Shown here one piece after another: positions 1 through 8,376 of a DNA stretch of 37,662 nt. The position numbers were made by a program, and so were the translations under genes. The DNA lies in the IMG/VR virus record IMGVR_UViG_3300047157_000191, positions 1-37,662 of that record, one strand, 5' to 3'. The notes beneath the pieces were generated by a model that was not told where the DNA came from, searched no databases, and worked only from the letters and a program-made list of their open reading frames with translations. Positions within the stretch are counted from its first letter, which is position 1; every line of letters starts with the position of its first letter. This DNA is from a virus (Duplodnaviria; Caudoviricetes).

Positions 1-1
1 T

Positions 2-160
2 ACTGGCATATTAATCGACAAAGTCGAACAGCTGCTCGGTAAACCTTCCACAACTATTAGACATGAGACCGTAAATTTGTCAGGACCTGCACTAGAAGAG
101 CTGATCAAGCAGTGCAAGCCTAAGGAAGTCATTGAAGCAGAGGTAGTTGAGAGTAAGTAG
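2..160 (+). CDS. 3' end of probable terminase small subunit (partial)
   Basis: Frame 2 is open from the window edge: TGILIDKVEQLLGKPSTTIRHETV...VIEAEVVESK*. It lies two genes upstream of terL; the assignment is mainly positional. Confidence 0.5.
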   Translation, partial: TGILIDKVEQLLGKPSTTIRHETVNLSGPALEELIKQCKPKEVIEAEVVESK

Positions 161-280
161 GTATATCCTCTCTATTAAACACAAGGTATATTGTGCGAAG
201 AAACAGCACAAGATGGGGGGAGGGGGTCAACGGTTTCGGTTTTTAGCGGCAATCGTTGCGGATCCCCCCTCGCAAATTAA

Positions 281-565
281 ATGAACAAAACAGATACTCC
301 ACACAGACGCACCAGAGGCAAGAAGGCCCGCAGGAGGACTATGCTGGACACGCAGGACCTGCGCTGGAAGGCTGGCAAGGAACCTCGAGAAGCCACTGTC
401 ACAGGCCGCCCTATGAATCCGAGGCTACTAAGCACTGATCTCGGTCTTGTCAGAGTGACTGACAGCAGGCCGTTCCAGAAAGGGTTGAAGATACCTGTCT
501 GGATAGAGCCAGACTCTGGTCACATGTTCTGCAAGGGCCGCCCAAAGCAACTGGATAGATACTAG
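281..565 (+). CDS. hypothetical protein
   Basis: 94-aa ATG ORF ending 1 nt before the terL start. Confidence 0.6.
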   Translation: MNKTDTPHRRTRGKKARRRTMLDTQDLRWKAGKEPREATVTGRPMNPRLLSTDLGLVRVTDSRPFQKGLKIPVWIEPDSGHMFCKGRPKQLDRY

Positions 566-566
566 C

Positions 567-2231
567 ATGAACTGGACGCCACATCCTGTATACCCCATTC
601 CAAATAGGGAAGAAGCTCAGGCAATGGCTGCCGAGGGAGCTCTTGAGGATTTCTATTTGAAGAGGGAGGAGCTGATCAATCTCGAGAAGAACGATCCCTT
701 CAATTACGGCTCTGACTGGCATAATACCAAAGGGCTGTTCACCCACTGGAAAGACGCAGACAAGGTTCTGGAAGACCCAAAGGTAGACATAGTCTATATT
801 TTTGGAGGAAACAGGGGAGGGAAGTCAAGGTATATGGCCTCGAGAGTAGTCAGGACTTTGGCTAACAAGGCTAGGTCTGCGGTCTGGTGCTGTCACTCCA
901 CGCATGACTCTTCGGTGCAGGTTCAGCAGCCTTACGTGCATGAGTATTTACCTGTGCCGTGGAAGGAGCAGAGGAAAGGGCAGAGGGCTGTGGTAAACAT
1001 AGGCTTCTCCCAGAAGAACGGTTTCAGTAATAAGACTTTCGTGGCCCCTAACGGGAGCCAGTGCTGGTTTAAGAATTACTCTCAGGAACTTTCGGCGATG
1101 GAGGGGACTGAGCTTGATTTGATCTGGTGCGACGAGCTGGTCCCGCTGGCGTGGATCCAGACTCTTAAATACCGCCTGATCTCGCGTAAAGGCAAGCTAG
1201 TCGTAACTTTCACACCAATCGAGGGATTTACAAGCACTGTCAAGGATGCGATGGACGGTGCCATTATTGAAGAGACCCGGGACGCAAAGCTTATAGGCAA
1301 AGATGATAGCCCTATTGACGGAGTGCCTCGAGGTCATATGCCATACACTGCGAGGACTAGAAGCGGGACTGGAAAGCTGTTCTGGTTTTTCAGTGAGTGG
1401 AATCCCTACAGCCCTTTTGAGCGGATGGAGCAGACGCTGCAGGGCAGGACAAGGGAGGAGAGAGAGATCAGAGCCTACGGTTATGTCAGCAACCCTGTTG
1501 TTGGCAAGTTTCCGAGGTTTACTGACAGGAATATTTGCAGGAAAGATCAGATTCCAAAGGACGGCACTAATTATATGGTGGTGGATCCTACACCCGGGGA
1601 CAGGAACTGGTATATGCTGTGGGCGAAAGTGGACGATCTAGGCAGGATCTTTGTCTACAGAGACTGGCCCGATATGGCCAATTACGGAGAATGGGCGGTA
1701 GCAAGTGAGAAGCTTGACGGCAAGAAAGGCCCCGCACAGACTGCTGACTGTGGCCGGAATATCATACAGTATAAGCAGCTCATAAGAGAGCTGGAAGCCA
1801 CTGACGGTGGTATACATGAGCGATACATAGATCCTAGAGCAGGAAGAACGGCTATTGTAAGCCAGCGAGAGCATAACCAAAACCTGATTGACCTTCTTGC
1901 GAATCCTGACAGGGGAGCTGGGGGAGAAATCACGAAGGAAGGGCTCCTGTTCGTGCCTTCAGCGATGGCGCATATTGATGAGAGCTGTGCGTTGGTAAAT
2001 AATCTGTTTGCCTATGACATGAGCCGGGAGGTTAGCATACTCAACGAACCTAAACTGTATGTATCGGAGGAGTGCCAGAATTTAATTTACAGTCTAAAAA
2101 CGTGGACCGGTAGCGATGGCGATAAAGGAGCGAGCAAGGATCCAGTAGATGCTTTGAGGTATCTCATATTAATGGATCCGATTTATGTTTCGAGGCAGAC
2201 AAATTATTCAACTGAAAGTTTAAGCTATTAA
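567..2231 (+). CDS. terL: terminase large subunit
   Basis: Walker A GGNRGGKS, Walker B LIWCDE, coupling motif TFTP, RNase H-like nuclease motifs VVDP and DPVDALRY. Confidence 0.95.
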   Translation: MNWTPHPVYPIPNREEAQAMAAEGALEDFYLKREELINLEKNDPFNYGSDWHNTKGLFTHWKDADKVLEDPKVDIVYIFGGNRGGKSRYMASRVVRTLANKARSAVWCCHSTHDSSVQVQQPYVHEYLPVPWKEQRKGQRAVVNIGFSQKNGFSNKTFVAPNGSQCWFKNYSQELSAMEGTELDLIWCDELVPLAWIQTLKYRLISRKGKLVVTFTPIEGFTSTVKDAMDGAIIEETRDAKLIGKDDSPIDGVPRGHMPYTARTRSGTGKLFWFFSEWNPYSPFERMEQTLQGRTREEREIRAYGYVSNPVVGKFPRFTDRNICRKDQIPKDGTNYMVVDPTPGDRNWYMLWAKVDDLGRIFVYRDWPDMANYGEWAVASEKLDGKKGPAQTADCGRNIIQYKQLIRELEATDGGIHERYIDPRAGRTAIVSQREHNQNLIDLLANPDRGAGGEITKEGLLFVPSAMAHIDESCALVNNLFAYDMSREVSILNEPKLYVSEECQNLIYSLKTWTGSDGDKGASKDPVDALRYLILMDPIYVSRQTNYSTESLSY

Positions 2232-4315
2232 TGAACACCATCGATGACCAATTACAGGCCAATACTGACCCTAATATAAACCAGCTCTGCACCGAATACC
2301 GCAGGGCTTACTCGGATGAACGCATGACCTACAGGGTCAGAGAGTCTGATGAGACTCGGTTCGCTACGTGGAACGGCCAGAGCCGAGACGGGAAGAAACA
2401 CGCAAAGGATCTGGGCAGACAACCGTTCCCGTGGGAGGGAGCAAGTGACACCAGAATACGGCTGGCAGACGAGGTCTGCAGCTTTATGGTAAACCTGTCA
2501 ACCTCTGCCATTGGCAGGGCCGCACTTAATGTAGCGGGAGTAGAGGCATCAGACCATAAGGCAGCATCTGCCGTGGCCCTCTACTTGAGATGGCAGCTAT
2601 CAACTTTAATGCAGCCGGGTTGGGAAGAGGAGCTTGAGCTGCACGCAGAATACGCGGCGCAGTATGGTTGGAGCGTCCTTCACGTAATCTGGGATCGTTG
2701 CTACGCGCAGACCCCACGAACTATAAACCTCCAATCCCTCTCCGGCTTCTTAGGAGTCAATGCCCCCCAACAGCTCGATGCTCTAACCGCTGCGCTTGAG
2801 GATGAAGAAGAATACATTGCTGACCTTCTGGTAGCCAGTAATGACGGACTGACAAGAACCAAAGCACTGAAACATATCAGGGAGATAGTCAAGAATGGTG
2901 AGACTACGTTCGAGCTGCCAGATATGGCACGTAATCAGGCAAAGATTGTGGCGCTCAGACCTTACCACGAGATCCTGTTCCCGCCTGAGACAAACGATCT
3001 GCAGAGAGCGAGAGCGATCTTCCGCAGAGAGTATTACACAGTCGCAGAGCTGGAAGAGAAAGCAACGAACGGAGAGTGGGACAAGGACTGGGTAGACGAG
3101 GTTAAGAGGACTGCTGGCCACAGCTCTCAGGTATGGGATCAGGGACTTAGTCCAGTCTTGGGAAGCTCTGAAAGAGTTGACGAGAAGACTAATCTGATAG
3201 AAGTCATACACGCCTACAGTCGCAGGGTAACTGACAGCGGCAACCCGGGCATATACATGACTGTATTCTCGCCTTACCTAGAGAAAGATCCCAGAGGCAA
3301 CGAGATCTACGCAGAACACAAGCTGGTCACTGAAGCGGGAGACACTTATCCGTTCGAGACATTTACTCGGGAGAAAGTAAGAAGAAGCCCCATTGAATCT
3401 CGCGGAGTCTCCGAGATTGTCAAAACGTGGCAGGCAGAATACAAGGCCCAATCGGATATGGTCTTCGACAGATCATCTTTCGACACACTGCCGCCGCTTA
3501 AAGTGCCTCTCAGGTATGGCCAAAGAATTAAGGTTGGCCCCGGCGTTCAGGTTTCTGAGCAGAGACCCGGCGACATTGGCTGGATGGAGTCACCCAGACG
3601 AGGAGCTGAACTTGCGTTCACGCTTATGGATCACATTCAGCTACGGACTGACCGTTACTTCGGCAGGCCTAACGCAGGGATCCCTCCAGTAGAGACTCAG
3701 CTCAGGCAGCAGGCATACGTGCATCGCTGGCTGCGCCACATGAGCAGTGTCATTGGCAGAATCTGGGACCTGACACAGGTCTTTGATACGGACGAACGCT
3801 TTGCAATGGTAACAGGCACTGACATGCCACTGCCTCGAGATCCGAAGAAATACAACTTCACACTACACTTCGATGTCAGAGAGCTCGACAATGAGTTCGT
3901 CGAGAAGAAACTTCAGGCGATTTCCCAGTTTGTCTTGCCAGAAGATACGATGGGTATTGTTGACAGGACTAAGCTGATCAGGAAGAAGCTGCAGGTAATC
4001 GATCCTACACTGGCAGACGAGCTGGTCATTGAGCAGGCAGAAGCCTCACAGCAGATGTTCGATGAGATGAACAGTCAAGTGGCCCTGATGTCACTGGGCA
4101 ACCAGCCTAACTTCGTGGAGAGCGATCCTTCGGCAGGAATTAAGATGCAGTTTGTGCAGCAGATAATTCAGAACAATCCGAAGTATCAAAAACAAATGCA
4201 GGAAGATGAACAATTTGCACAACTGGTTCAGCAGTTCGCGCAGAACCTGCAGATGTCAATTACACAACAACAGAACGCGCAGATTGGTAGAATAGGAGTT
4301 AACCCGAATGCCTAA
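2231..4315 (+). CDS. portal protein
   Basis: 694 aa directly after terL (TAATG overlap); PFPWEGASD motif and Gln-rich helical C-terminus typical of podovirus-type portals. Confidence 0.88.
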   Translation: MNTIDDQLQANTDPNINQLCTEYRRAYSDERMTYRVRESDETRFATWNGQSRDGKKHAKDLGRQPFPWEGASDTRIRLADEVCSFMVNLSTSAIGRAALNVAGVEASDHKAASAVALYLRWQLSTLMQPGWEEELELHAEYAAQYGWSVLHVIWDRCYAQTPRTINLQSLSGFLGVNAPQQLDALTAALEDEEEYIADLLVASNDGLTRTKALKHIREIVKNGETTFELPDMARNQAKIVALRPYHEILFPPETNDLQRARAIFRREYYTVAELEEKATNGEWDKDWVDEVKRTAGHSSQVWDQGLSPVLGSSERVDEKTNLIEVIHAYSRRVTDSGNPGIYMTVFSPYLEKDPRGNEIYAEHKLVTEAGDTYPFETFTREKVRRSPIESRGVSEIVKTWQAEYKAQSDMVFDRSSFDTLPPLKVPLRYGQRIKVGPGVQVSEQRPGDIGWMESPRRGAELAFTLMDHIQLRTDRYFGRPNAGIPPVETQLRQQAYVHRWLRHMSSVIGRIWDLTQVFDTDERFAMVTGTDMPLPRDPKKYNFTLHFDVRELDNEFVEKKLQAISQFVLPEDTMGIVDRTKLIRKKLQVIDPTLADELVIEQAEASQQMFDEMNSQVALMSLGNQPNFVESDPSAGIKMQFVQQIIQNNPKYQKQMQEDEQFAQLVQQFAQNLQMSITQQQNAQIGRIGVNPNA

Positions 4316-4583
4316 CGAATACAAATTCTCAGGATACGAGCAGTGGATGCTGGACGCTTTCAGTCTGGCAGAAGAGCACCCAGTCAGGAAGGGACTTGAT
4401 GAAATACTCAATGAACTAATAAAAGCCGAATCCAGCAACGTGTCTGGACCCGGCCTGAGCTCCGAGGAGCGGCATTACTTTGCAGGCAGATTATCTGCTC
4501 TGCAGGATATGTATTTTGCTATGCAGAACCTGTATGCAGATGCGCTGAAGGAGAGGTCTCCCGACTCGGATCCAGAGATCTGA
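4308..4583 (+). CDS. small helical protein following the portal
   Basis: 91 aa overlapping the portal stop; ERHYFAGRLSAL resembles the small proteins commonly encoded after podovirus portals. Confidence 0.65.
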   Translation: MPNEYKFSGYEQWMLDAFSLAEEHPVRKGLDEILNELIKAESSNVSGPGLSSEERHYFAGRLSALQDMYFAMQNLYADALKERSPDSDPEI

Positions 4584-4833
4584 GAAACTTGTAGATCTTC
4601 AACTTGCAGACAGCAGAGGATGACTTGCCTGAGCGCCAGCCCTCTGCTGTTCTCTTTGACACCTTGACCTTCTCGGCAAACTCCTTCGTGGTCAGGTTTA
4701 ACGTGTCGCAAATTAGGGACACGATATACATTGTAGACACCTCATCCAGATCGTAGGTAAATGCTATGCGATCCCTGTCTTCATCGCAGTCGAGCAAATC
4801 AACTCCGATTGCTTTTAGCTTATCAGTAATCAT
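4519..4833 (-). CDS. XRE-family helix-turn-helix regulator
   Basis: LNLTTKEFAEKVKVSKRTAEGWRSGK matches the XRE HTH pattern; ATG at 4833 (MITDKLK) preferred over the track start 4857. Confidence 0.8.
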   Translation of the reverse strand: MITDKLKAIGVDLLDCDEDRDRIAFTYDLDEVSTMYIVSLICDTLNLTTKEFAEKVKVSKRTAEGWRSGKSSSAVCKLKIYKFLRSLDPSRETSPSAHLHTGSA

Positions 4834-5014
4834 AAATTCCGAACTCCACCACTTCACTTATATATTTCTCGAAGTCTTCCAGAGTAAACTCAGTCCCGTT
4901 CCACCACTTTGGGTGAGACTCCGCAAACTCTTTCCACAATTCAAACTCTTCACTCGGGTTTGCGTCACTGGGGATAGTGCCTCCAATGTCCCAATCTTTC
5001 TCGATGGTTTTCAT
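4823..5014 (-). CDS. small acidic hypothetical protein
   Basis: MKTIEKDWDIGG...; ATG at 5014 overlaps the upstream TGA (ATGA coupling). Confidence 0.7.
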   Translation of the reverse strand: MKTIEKDWDIGGTIPSDANPSEEFELWKEFAESHPKWWNGTEFTLEDFEKYISEVVEFGIYDY

Positions 5015-5316
5015 CGATACCATACGCGGCCTTTCCAGAACTTCTCTAAATTCGCTGGCTCATAAACAACGCTCAGGTACTCCATTAGCTCCACAGACAC
5101 TGCAGCCATATCGCTTTTATCGCTTGCGTATTTTTCGCGATCTTCCGTCCACGGGCCGTTCATCGATTCTAGCGCATAATTTGAGCGGTTGCTTTTTGTG
5201 TCGAGTCTCCGAAATATAACTATAGCTTGAGTTGGCCAGTCAGGATGACTGAAGTTTGCAGATGCGTATCCCTTGCCTAGTATCAAAAGATCTTCGTGTT
5301 TTATTTTATCGTTCAT
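5011..5316 (-). CDS. hypothetical protein (MNDKI start)
   Basis: 101-aa ORF in the coupled minus-strand chain. Confidence 0.75.
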   Translation of the reverse strand: MNDKIKHEDLLILGKGYASANFSHPDWPTQAIVIFRRLDTKSNRSNYALESMNGPWTEDREKYASDKSDMAAVSVELMEYLSVVYEPANLEKFWKGRVWYR

Positions 5317-5322
5317 AGCTTT

Positions 5323-5356
5323 AAAAAAGAGTGGGGAGGACCGTCAGCCCCTCCCC
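5323..5356 (-). terminator. intrinsic terminator-like hairpin
   Basis: Minus strand GGGGAGG-ggctgacggt-CCTCCCC followed by ACTCTTTTTT. Confidence 0.6.
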
Positions 5357-5425
5357 GACATATCTCAGAGATTTGACGGATCTTCTACTTTTGGTTTTCA
5401 AGTCCCGCACTCGCGGGTTGAAAGT

Positions 5426-5572
5426 CTAGCGGCGCTTAGGCCTTGTGTAATTGCTTCCTCGTTTACGTTTCTTGCTATTGGAGTATTCAAACGTCATTTC
5501 ATCTGATCGTTGCTGATTAGTCTCTATGACGGGAAGTCTTTTGGAGACTCCTTTTGGGGCTGCTTTTATCAT
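5426..5572 (-). CDS. 48-aa basic hypothetical protein (not in ORF track)
   Basis: MIKAAPKGVSKRLPVIETNQQRSDEMTFEYSNSKKRKRGSNYTRPKRR*; ATGA-coupled to the upstream gene. Confidence 0.5.
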   Translation of the reverse strand: MIKAAPKGVSKRLPVIETNQQRSDEMTFEYSNSKKRKRGSNYTRPKRR

Positions 5573-5715
5573 TTGTGTTTAATATGTTTACCGTAGTTAT
5601 CTTCTTTGCGACAGGACTTGCAGTACGGCTGTAGTCCGTCTTTGCTTAATGTCCGCTTGTGAAAGCTTCGGGTCTGCCTGATCTTACCGCACAGGCCGCA
5701 TGTTTTTTTAGGCAC
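5569..5715 (-). CDS. 48-aa C4 zinc-finger protein (not in ORF track)
   Basis: GTG start: MPKKTCGLCGKIRQTRSFHKRTLSKDGLQPYCKSCRKEDNYGKHIKHK*; two CxxC pairs. Confidence 0.7.
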   Translation of the reverse strand: MPKKTCGLCGKIRQTRSFHKRTLSKDGLQPYCKSCRKEDNYGKHIKHK

Positions 5716-5878
5716 TTTTAATTGGGTCTTCAGGTTTTATTTTATTATCAAGAAAACTTTCCACATCTTTGATGGCCGCCTCCAGCTCGCCGTGCGGCCC
5801 GTCATTTTCGTAAGCCCTCGGCACATAGCATAACACTCTACGTGCAATTTTAATAAGCTGCTTGACGCTACCCTCCAT
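5708..5878 (-). CDS. 56-aa hypothetical protein (not in ORF track)
   Basis: MEGSVKQLIKIARRVLCYVPRAYENDGPHGELEAAIKDVESFLDNKIKPEDPIKSA*; short overlaps with both neighbours and GGAGGG upstream. Confidence 0.65.
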   Translation of the reverse strand: MEGSVKQLIKIARRVLCYVPRAYENDGPHGELEAAIKDVESFLDNKIKPEDPIKSA

Positions 5879-7022
5879 ATAATCCCTCCCCTGCTTTGTG
5901 AGTTCCCATAGTCTCTGTAGCTACCGTTGCAGAGCGTGGGTAGGTGTGGACAGGAGCTCCCCATATTTCTGCATGCTCTGTGCCTTCCTTGAACTGATTG
6001 ATCAGGGCTCCCAAACAAAGATGACTTGGGAATGGCTTCCTGCCGTCTGCCGTGTGGCTGGTGTGAATCTGTCCTTGAACATAGCGGTTTGCACCGCCGT
6101 GCAGGTAGACTCCCTGCATGTAGCCATACATGTTAAGACCTCTTATATGTATGTTATTACCTGAGGCGAAGATGGCCGCCTGAGGAGACATAGCGTTGTG
6201 AGGCCCCTCCATCTGCAAATCAATAAACCTAGGATCTGCAAGATAGCAGTTACCCCACTCAGGCTGATCGATGACATCAGTCTTTACTGGCGGCCCGTGC
6301 TTGATCCCAACCTGAGCCCCTTGATGATTCATGATGTTACAATCGCGGATCCAGAACCTGTCTTGATTCTGCGCTAGGTAGATTGGCAGCGTCCCGTTTT
6401 GAGCAACGATCAAACAGTTCTCAATTGACTGCTCAAACGGTCTCACCCGAAAGTTACTGTCAACGTCCACGGTAGGCTCTACATATATACCGATAGGCGC
6501 ATCAGTCTTGAAGCCGTAAGGAATACCAGAGTCCGTTGTCCAGTTATCGTGGAAGGTTGGCCCGTTGTCGCAATGAAATCTCAGGGCGCTTCCCCATCGA
6601 GCAGGAGACCAGAGCCGAAACCTGCCCGGGAGTCTTCTGGTGCTCCTGAAATTATACTCGGGAGCAGTGGCAACAATAGTGATGACAGGCATCGACACTG
6701 AGCCATACCAGCCTCTTCCAGAGGGACTGTCTCCTAGTTCAGACTGCCACCTCTCCTCACCCTGAGTGTAGTAGGCGTGCTGTATAGCCTGACCCTCTTG
6801 AATGATGCGATCCCAGCTTGCGTCTGGGTCCAGAGGGTTGAGCTCGTAATGATAGCGAGGCAGAGTGAGCCGCTTGTCTATGGCCGCAGTGGCCGCATCG
6901 ATTTTGAGGCTGTCGATGTCAGCCTTGAGCTTATGGTGCTCTCTGTTTCTCTCGGCTACTTGTTCAGGAAGTTTAAGCAGATCCTCTGCTACTCTCAGTA
7001 TGTCTTGCGCGGTCTTATTCAT
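5868..7022 (-). CDS. probable right-handed beta-helix (pectin-lyase-like) protein
   Basis: N-terminal coiled coil, then beta-helix-like strands SIENCLI, FWIRDCNI, RFIDLQMEG, IHIRGLNMYG, GVYLHGG. Confidence 0.55.
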   Translation of the reverse strand: MNKTAQDILRVAEDLLKLPEQVAERNREHHKLKADIDSLKIDAATAAIDKRLTLPRYHYELNPLDPDASWDRIIQEGQAIQHAYYTQGEERWQSELGDSPSGRGWYGSVSMPVITIVATAPEYNFRSTRRLPGRFRLWSPARWGSALRFHCDNGPTFHDNWTTDSGIPYGFKTDAPIGIYVEPTVDVDSNFRVRPFEQSIENCLIVAQNGTLPIYLAQNQDRFWIRDCNIMNHQGAQVGIKHGPPVKTDVIDQPEWGNCYLADPRFIDLQMEGPHNAMSPQAAIFASGNNIHIRGLNMYGYMQGVYLHGGANRYVQGQIHTSHTADGRKPFPSHLCLGALINQFKEGTEHAEIWGAPVHTYPRSATVATETMGTHKAGEGLYGG

Positions 7023-7143
7023 CGTTTTTTATCTTTCTAAGCCCTAATCGGCTATCGTAGCTGGCCTCCATCCCCCTCTTACGCCAGAAGGCGTCGAAGG
7101 CATTTCCCCATTCCTCGTGCGTTCCTATTTTTGAGGAGCACAT
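7015..7143 (-). CDS. 42-aa hypothetical protein (not in ORF track)
   Basis: MCSSKIGTHEEWGNAFDAFWRKRGMEASYDSRLGLRKIKNDE*; GAGGA upstream, overlaps the next start. Confidence 0.5.
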   Translation of the reverse strand: MCSSKIGTHEEWGNAFDAFWRKRGMEASYDSRLGLRKIKNDE

Positions 7144-7169
7144 GTGTCCTCGAGGGTTTTCCTCGGTTA

Positions 7170-7592
7170 TTATTGTTTCTTTTTCCATAACAAGTAAAAA
7201 ATGTGTCTTCCAATTCGTGCTACAGGCTTGCGACCCTTAGCCCAGTATGGGGCCTTGATGTAGTCTGCGTAGTAGTGGTCTGCGTAGTTAATCTTAGACC
7301 TGTCGATGCGGTCAATGTTTTCTTCTAGGTAAAATGCGAAGGCTGCCATAGGTGACCTGTAGAGGTGCTGCAGGTCCTGCTCAGTCTTACCATTCCAGCA
7401 AGAGAACTGATAGGGCTGCAGGCACACCTCACGAGCCGTTAGGCTTCTATTGATGGCTCTCTGGGAGATTACGGCGGCGACAGCCCCTAAGCCGTCCCTG
7501 CCCTCTCCACGGGCCTCTGCGAGTAGCGTGAGAGCGACTACCCCAGCATTAAGCTGGAGAGAGGCGCATAGCATTAGGATATATTTAATCAC
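7170..7592 (-). CDS. cell wall hydrolase, SleB/Hydrolase_2 family
   Basis: LLAEARGE, AVAAVISQR, QPYQFSCWN, PYWA and IGRHIFY; hydrophobic N-terminus. Confidence 0.9.
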   Translation of the reverse strand: MIKYILMLCASLQLNAGVVALTLLAEARGEGRDGLGAVAAVISQRAINRSLTAREVCLQPYQFSCWNGKTEQDLQHLYRSPMAAFAFYLEENIDRIDRSKINYADHYYADYIKAPYWAKGRKPVARIGRHIFYLLWKKKQ

Positions 7593-7882
7593 CAGATTTT
7601 CTTCTTTCTAAACATTCTGCGAGCGCATAAAGCCAATTTGATCATGTCCTCATCCCATCCGCTTAGATCATTGACCTTAATATCTGGAGGAGTATCCAGA
7701 TATTGCTCTATAAAATCAGATACTGTTTCGGTAGATTCGGGATAGATTACTTTAGGTATATCCCTCTTCTCAATGCAATCATCCAGCCAGCCCTGCGGGT
7801 AGAAGTCTGCCATCTCTCTGTAGTGCCAGTTGTTAGCGTAAAACATAATAGTATAATGTAGCCCCCTGTTGGTAAGCTTCAC
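7589..7882 (-). CDS. hypothetical protein
   Basis: 97 aa; GTGA and ATGA coupling at the two ends. Confidence 0.7.
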   Translation of the reverse strand: MKLTNRGLHYTIMFYANNWHYREMADFYPQGWLDDCIEKRDIPKVIYPESTETVSDFIEQYLDTPPDIKVNDLSGWDEDMIKLALCARRMFRKKKIW

Positions 7883-8037
7883 TCGCCTCTCAACTCATCT
7901 ATTCTCTCTAGTCCAGCATCGGATCGTAGCTTTATGTCCGTTGCCTTAATTACGAGAGATGGCAGAATACTGTTGGCGATGGAGGTTAACTTTGTGGCAA
8001 TATGATTTAAAACTCTTTTGATTATTTTATCGTTCAT
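7879..8037 (-). CDS. 52-aa paralogue of 8086..8319 (not in ORF track)
   Basis: MNDKIIKRVLNHIATKLTSIANSILPSLVIKATDIKLRSDAGLERIDELRGE*. Confidence 0.7.
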   Translation of the reverse strand: MNDKIIKRVLNHIATKLTSIANSILPSLVIKATDIKLRSDAGLERIDELRGE

Positions 8038-8085
8038 ATTTATTCTTTCGTTAGTTAGTTGATAGGGGTCCCCCGGTTGTAAGCT

Positions 8086-8319
8086 TTACTCGTCTCTCAA
8101 CCAAACTGGGTTTCTCTCGGTCTGCATATCAGAACCGAGTTTGGCGATGGAGTTTAATTTTGATACAATTTTTGACCAACCTTGAACCCCGTCCAATAAG
8201 TATTCGACATCTGATTTGCCAGTGGTTTCGTATAACTCAACCCATCCATAATGACTTGGGTTCGCTTCCGCTTTTTCAGATATATAATTTAAAACTTTTT
8301 TGATTATTTGATCGTTCAT
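8086..8319 (-). CDS. hypothetical protein (MNDQI start)
   Basis: 77-aa ORF with A-rich leader. Confidence 0.75.
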   Translation of the reverse strand: MNDQIIKKVLNYISEKAEANPSHYGWVELYETTGKSDVEYLLDGVQGWSKIVSKLNSIAKLGSDMQTERNPVWLRDE

Positions 8320-8351
8320 AATTTTTCTTTCGTTTGTCGTTAGTAGTTGCT

Positions 8352-8367
8352 GGGGGCCGAAGCCCCC
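8352..8367 (-). repeat. intergenic GGGGGC-UUCG-GCCCCC hairpin, copy 1
   Basis: Plus strand GGGGGCCGAAGCCCCC; identical at 10227 and 10557. Confidence 0.9.
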
Positions 8368-8376
8368 GATTAACAG

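Noticed and set aside
5737-6018. 93-aa track ORF
   Set aside because: It overlaps the 384-aa gene heavily; the 5708-5878 frame fits the gene chain better.
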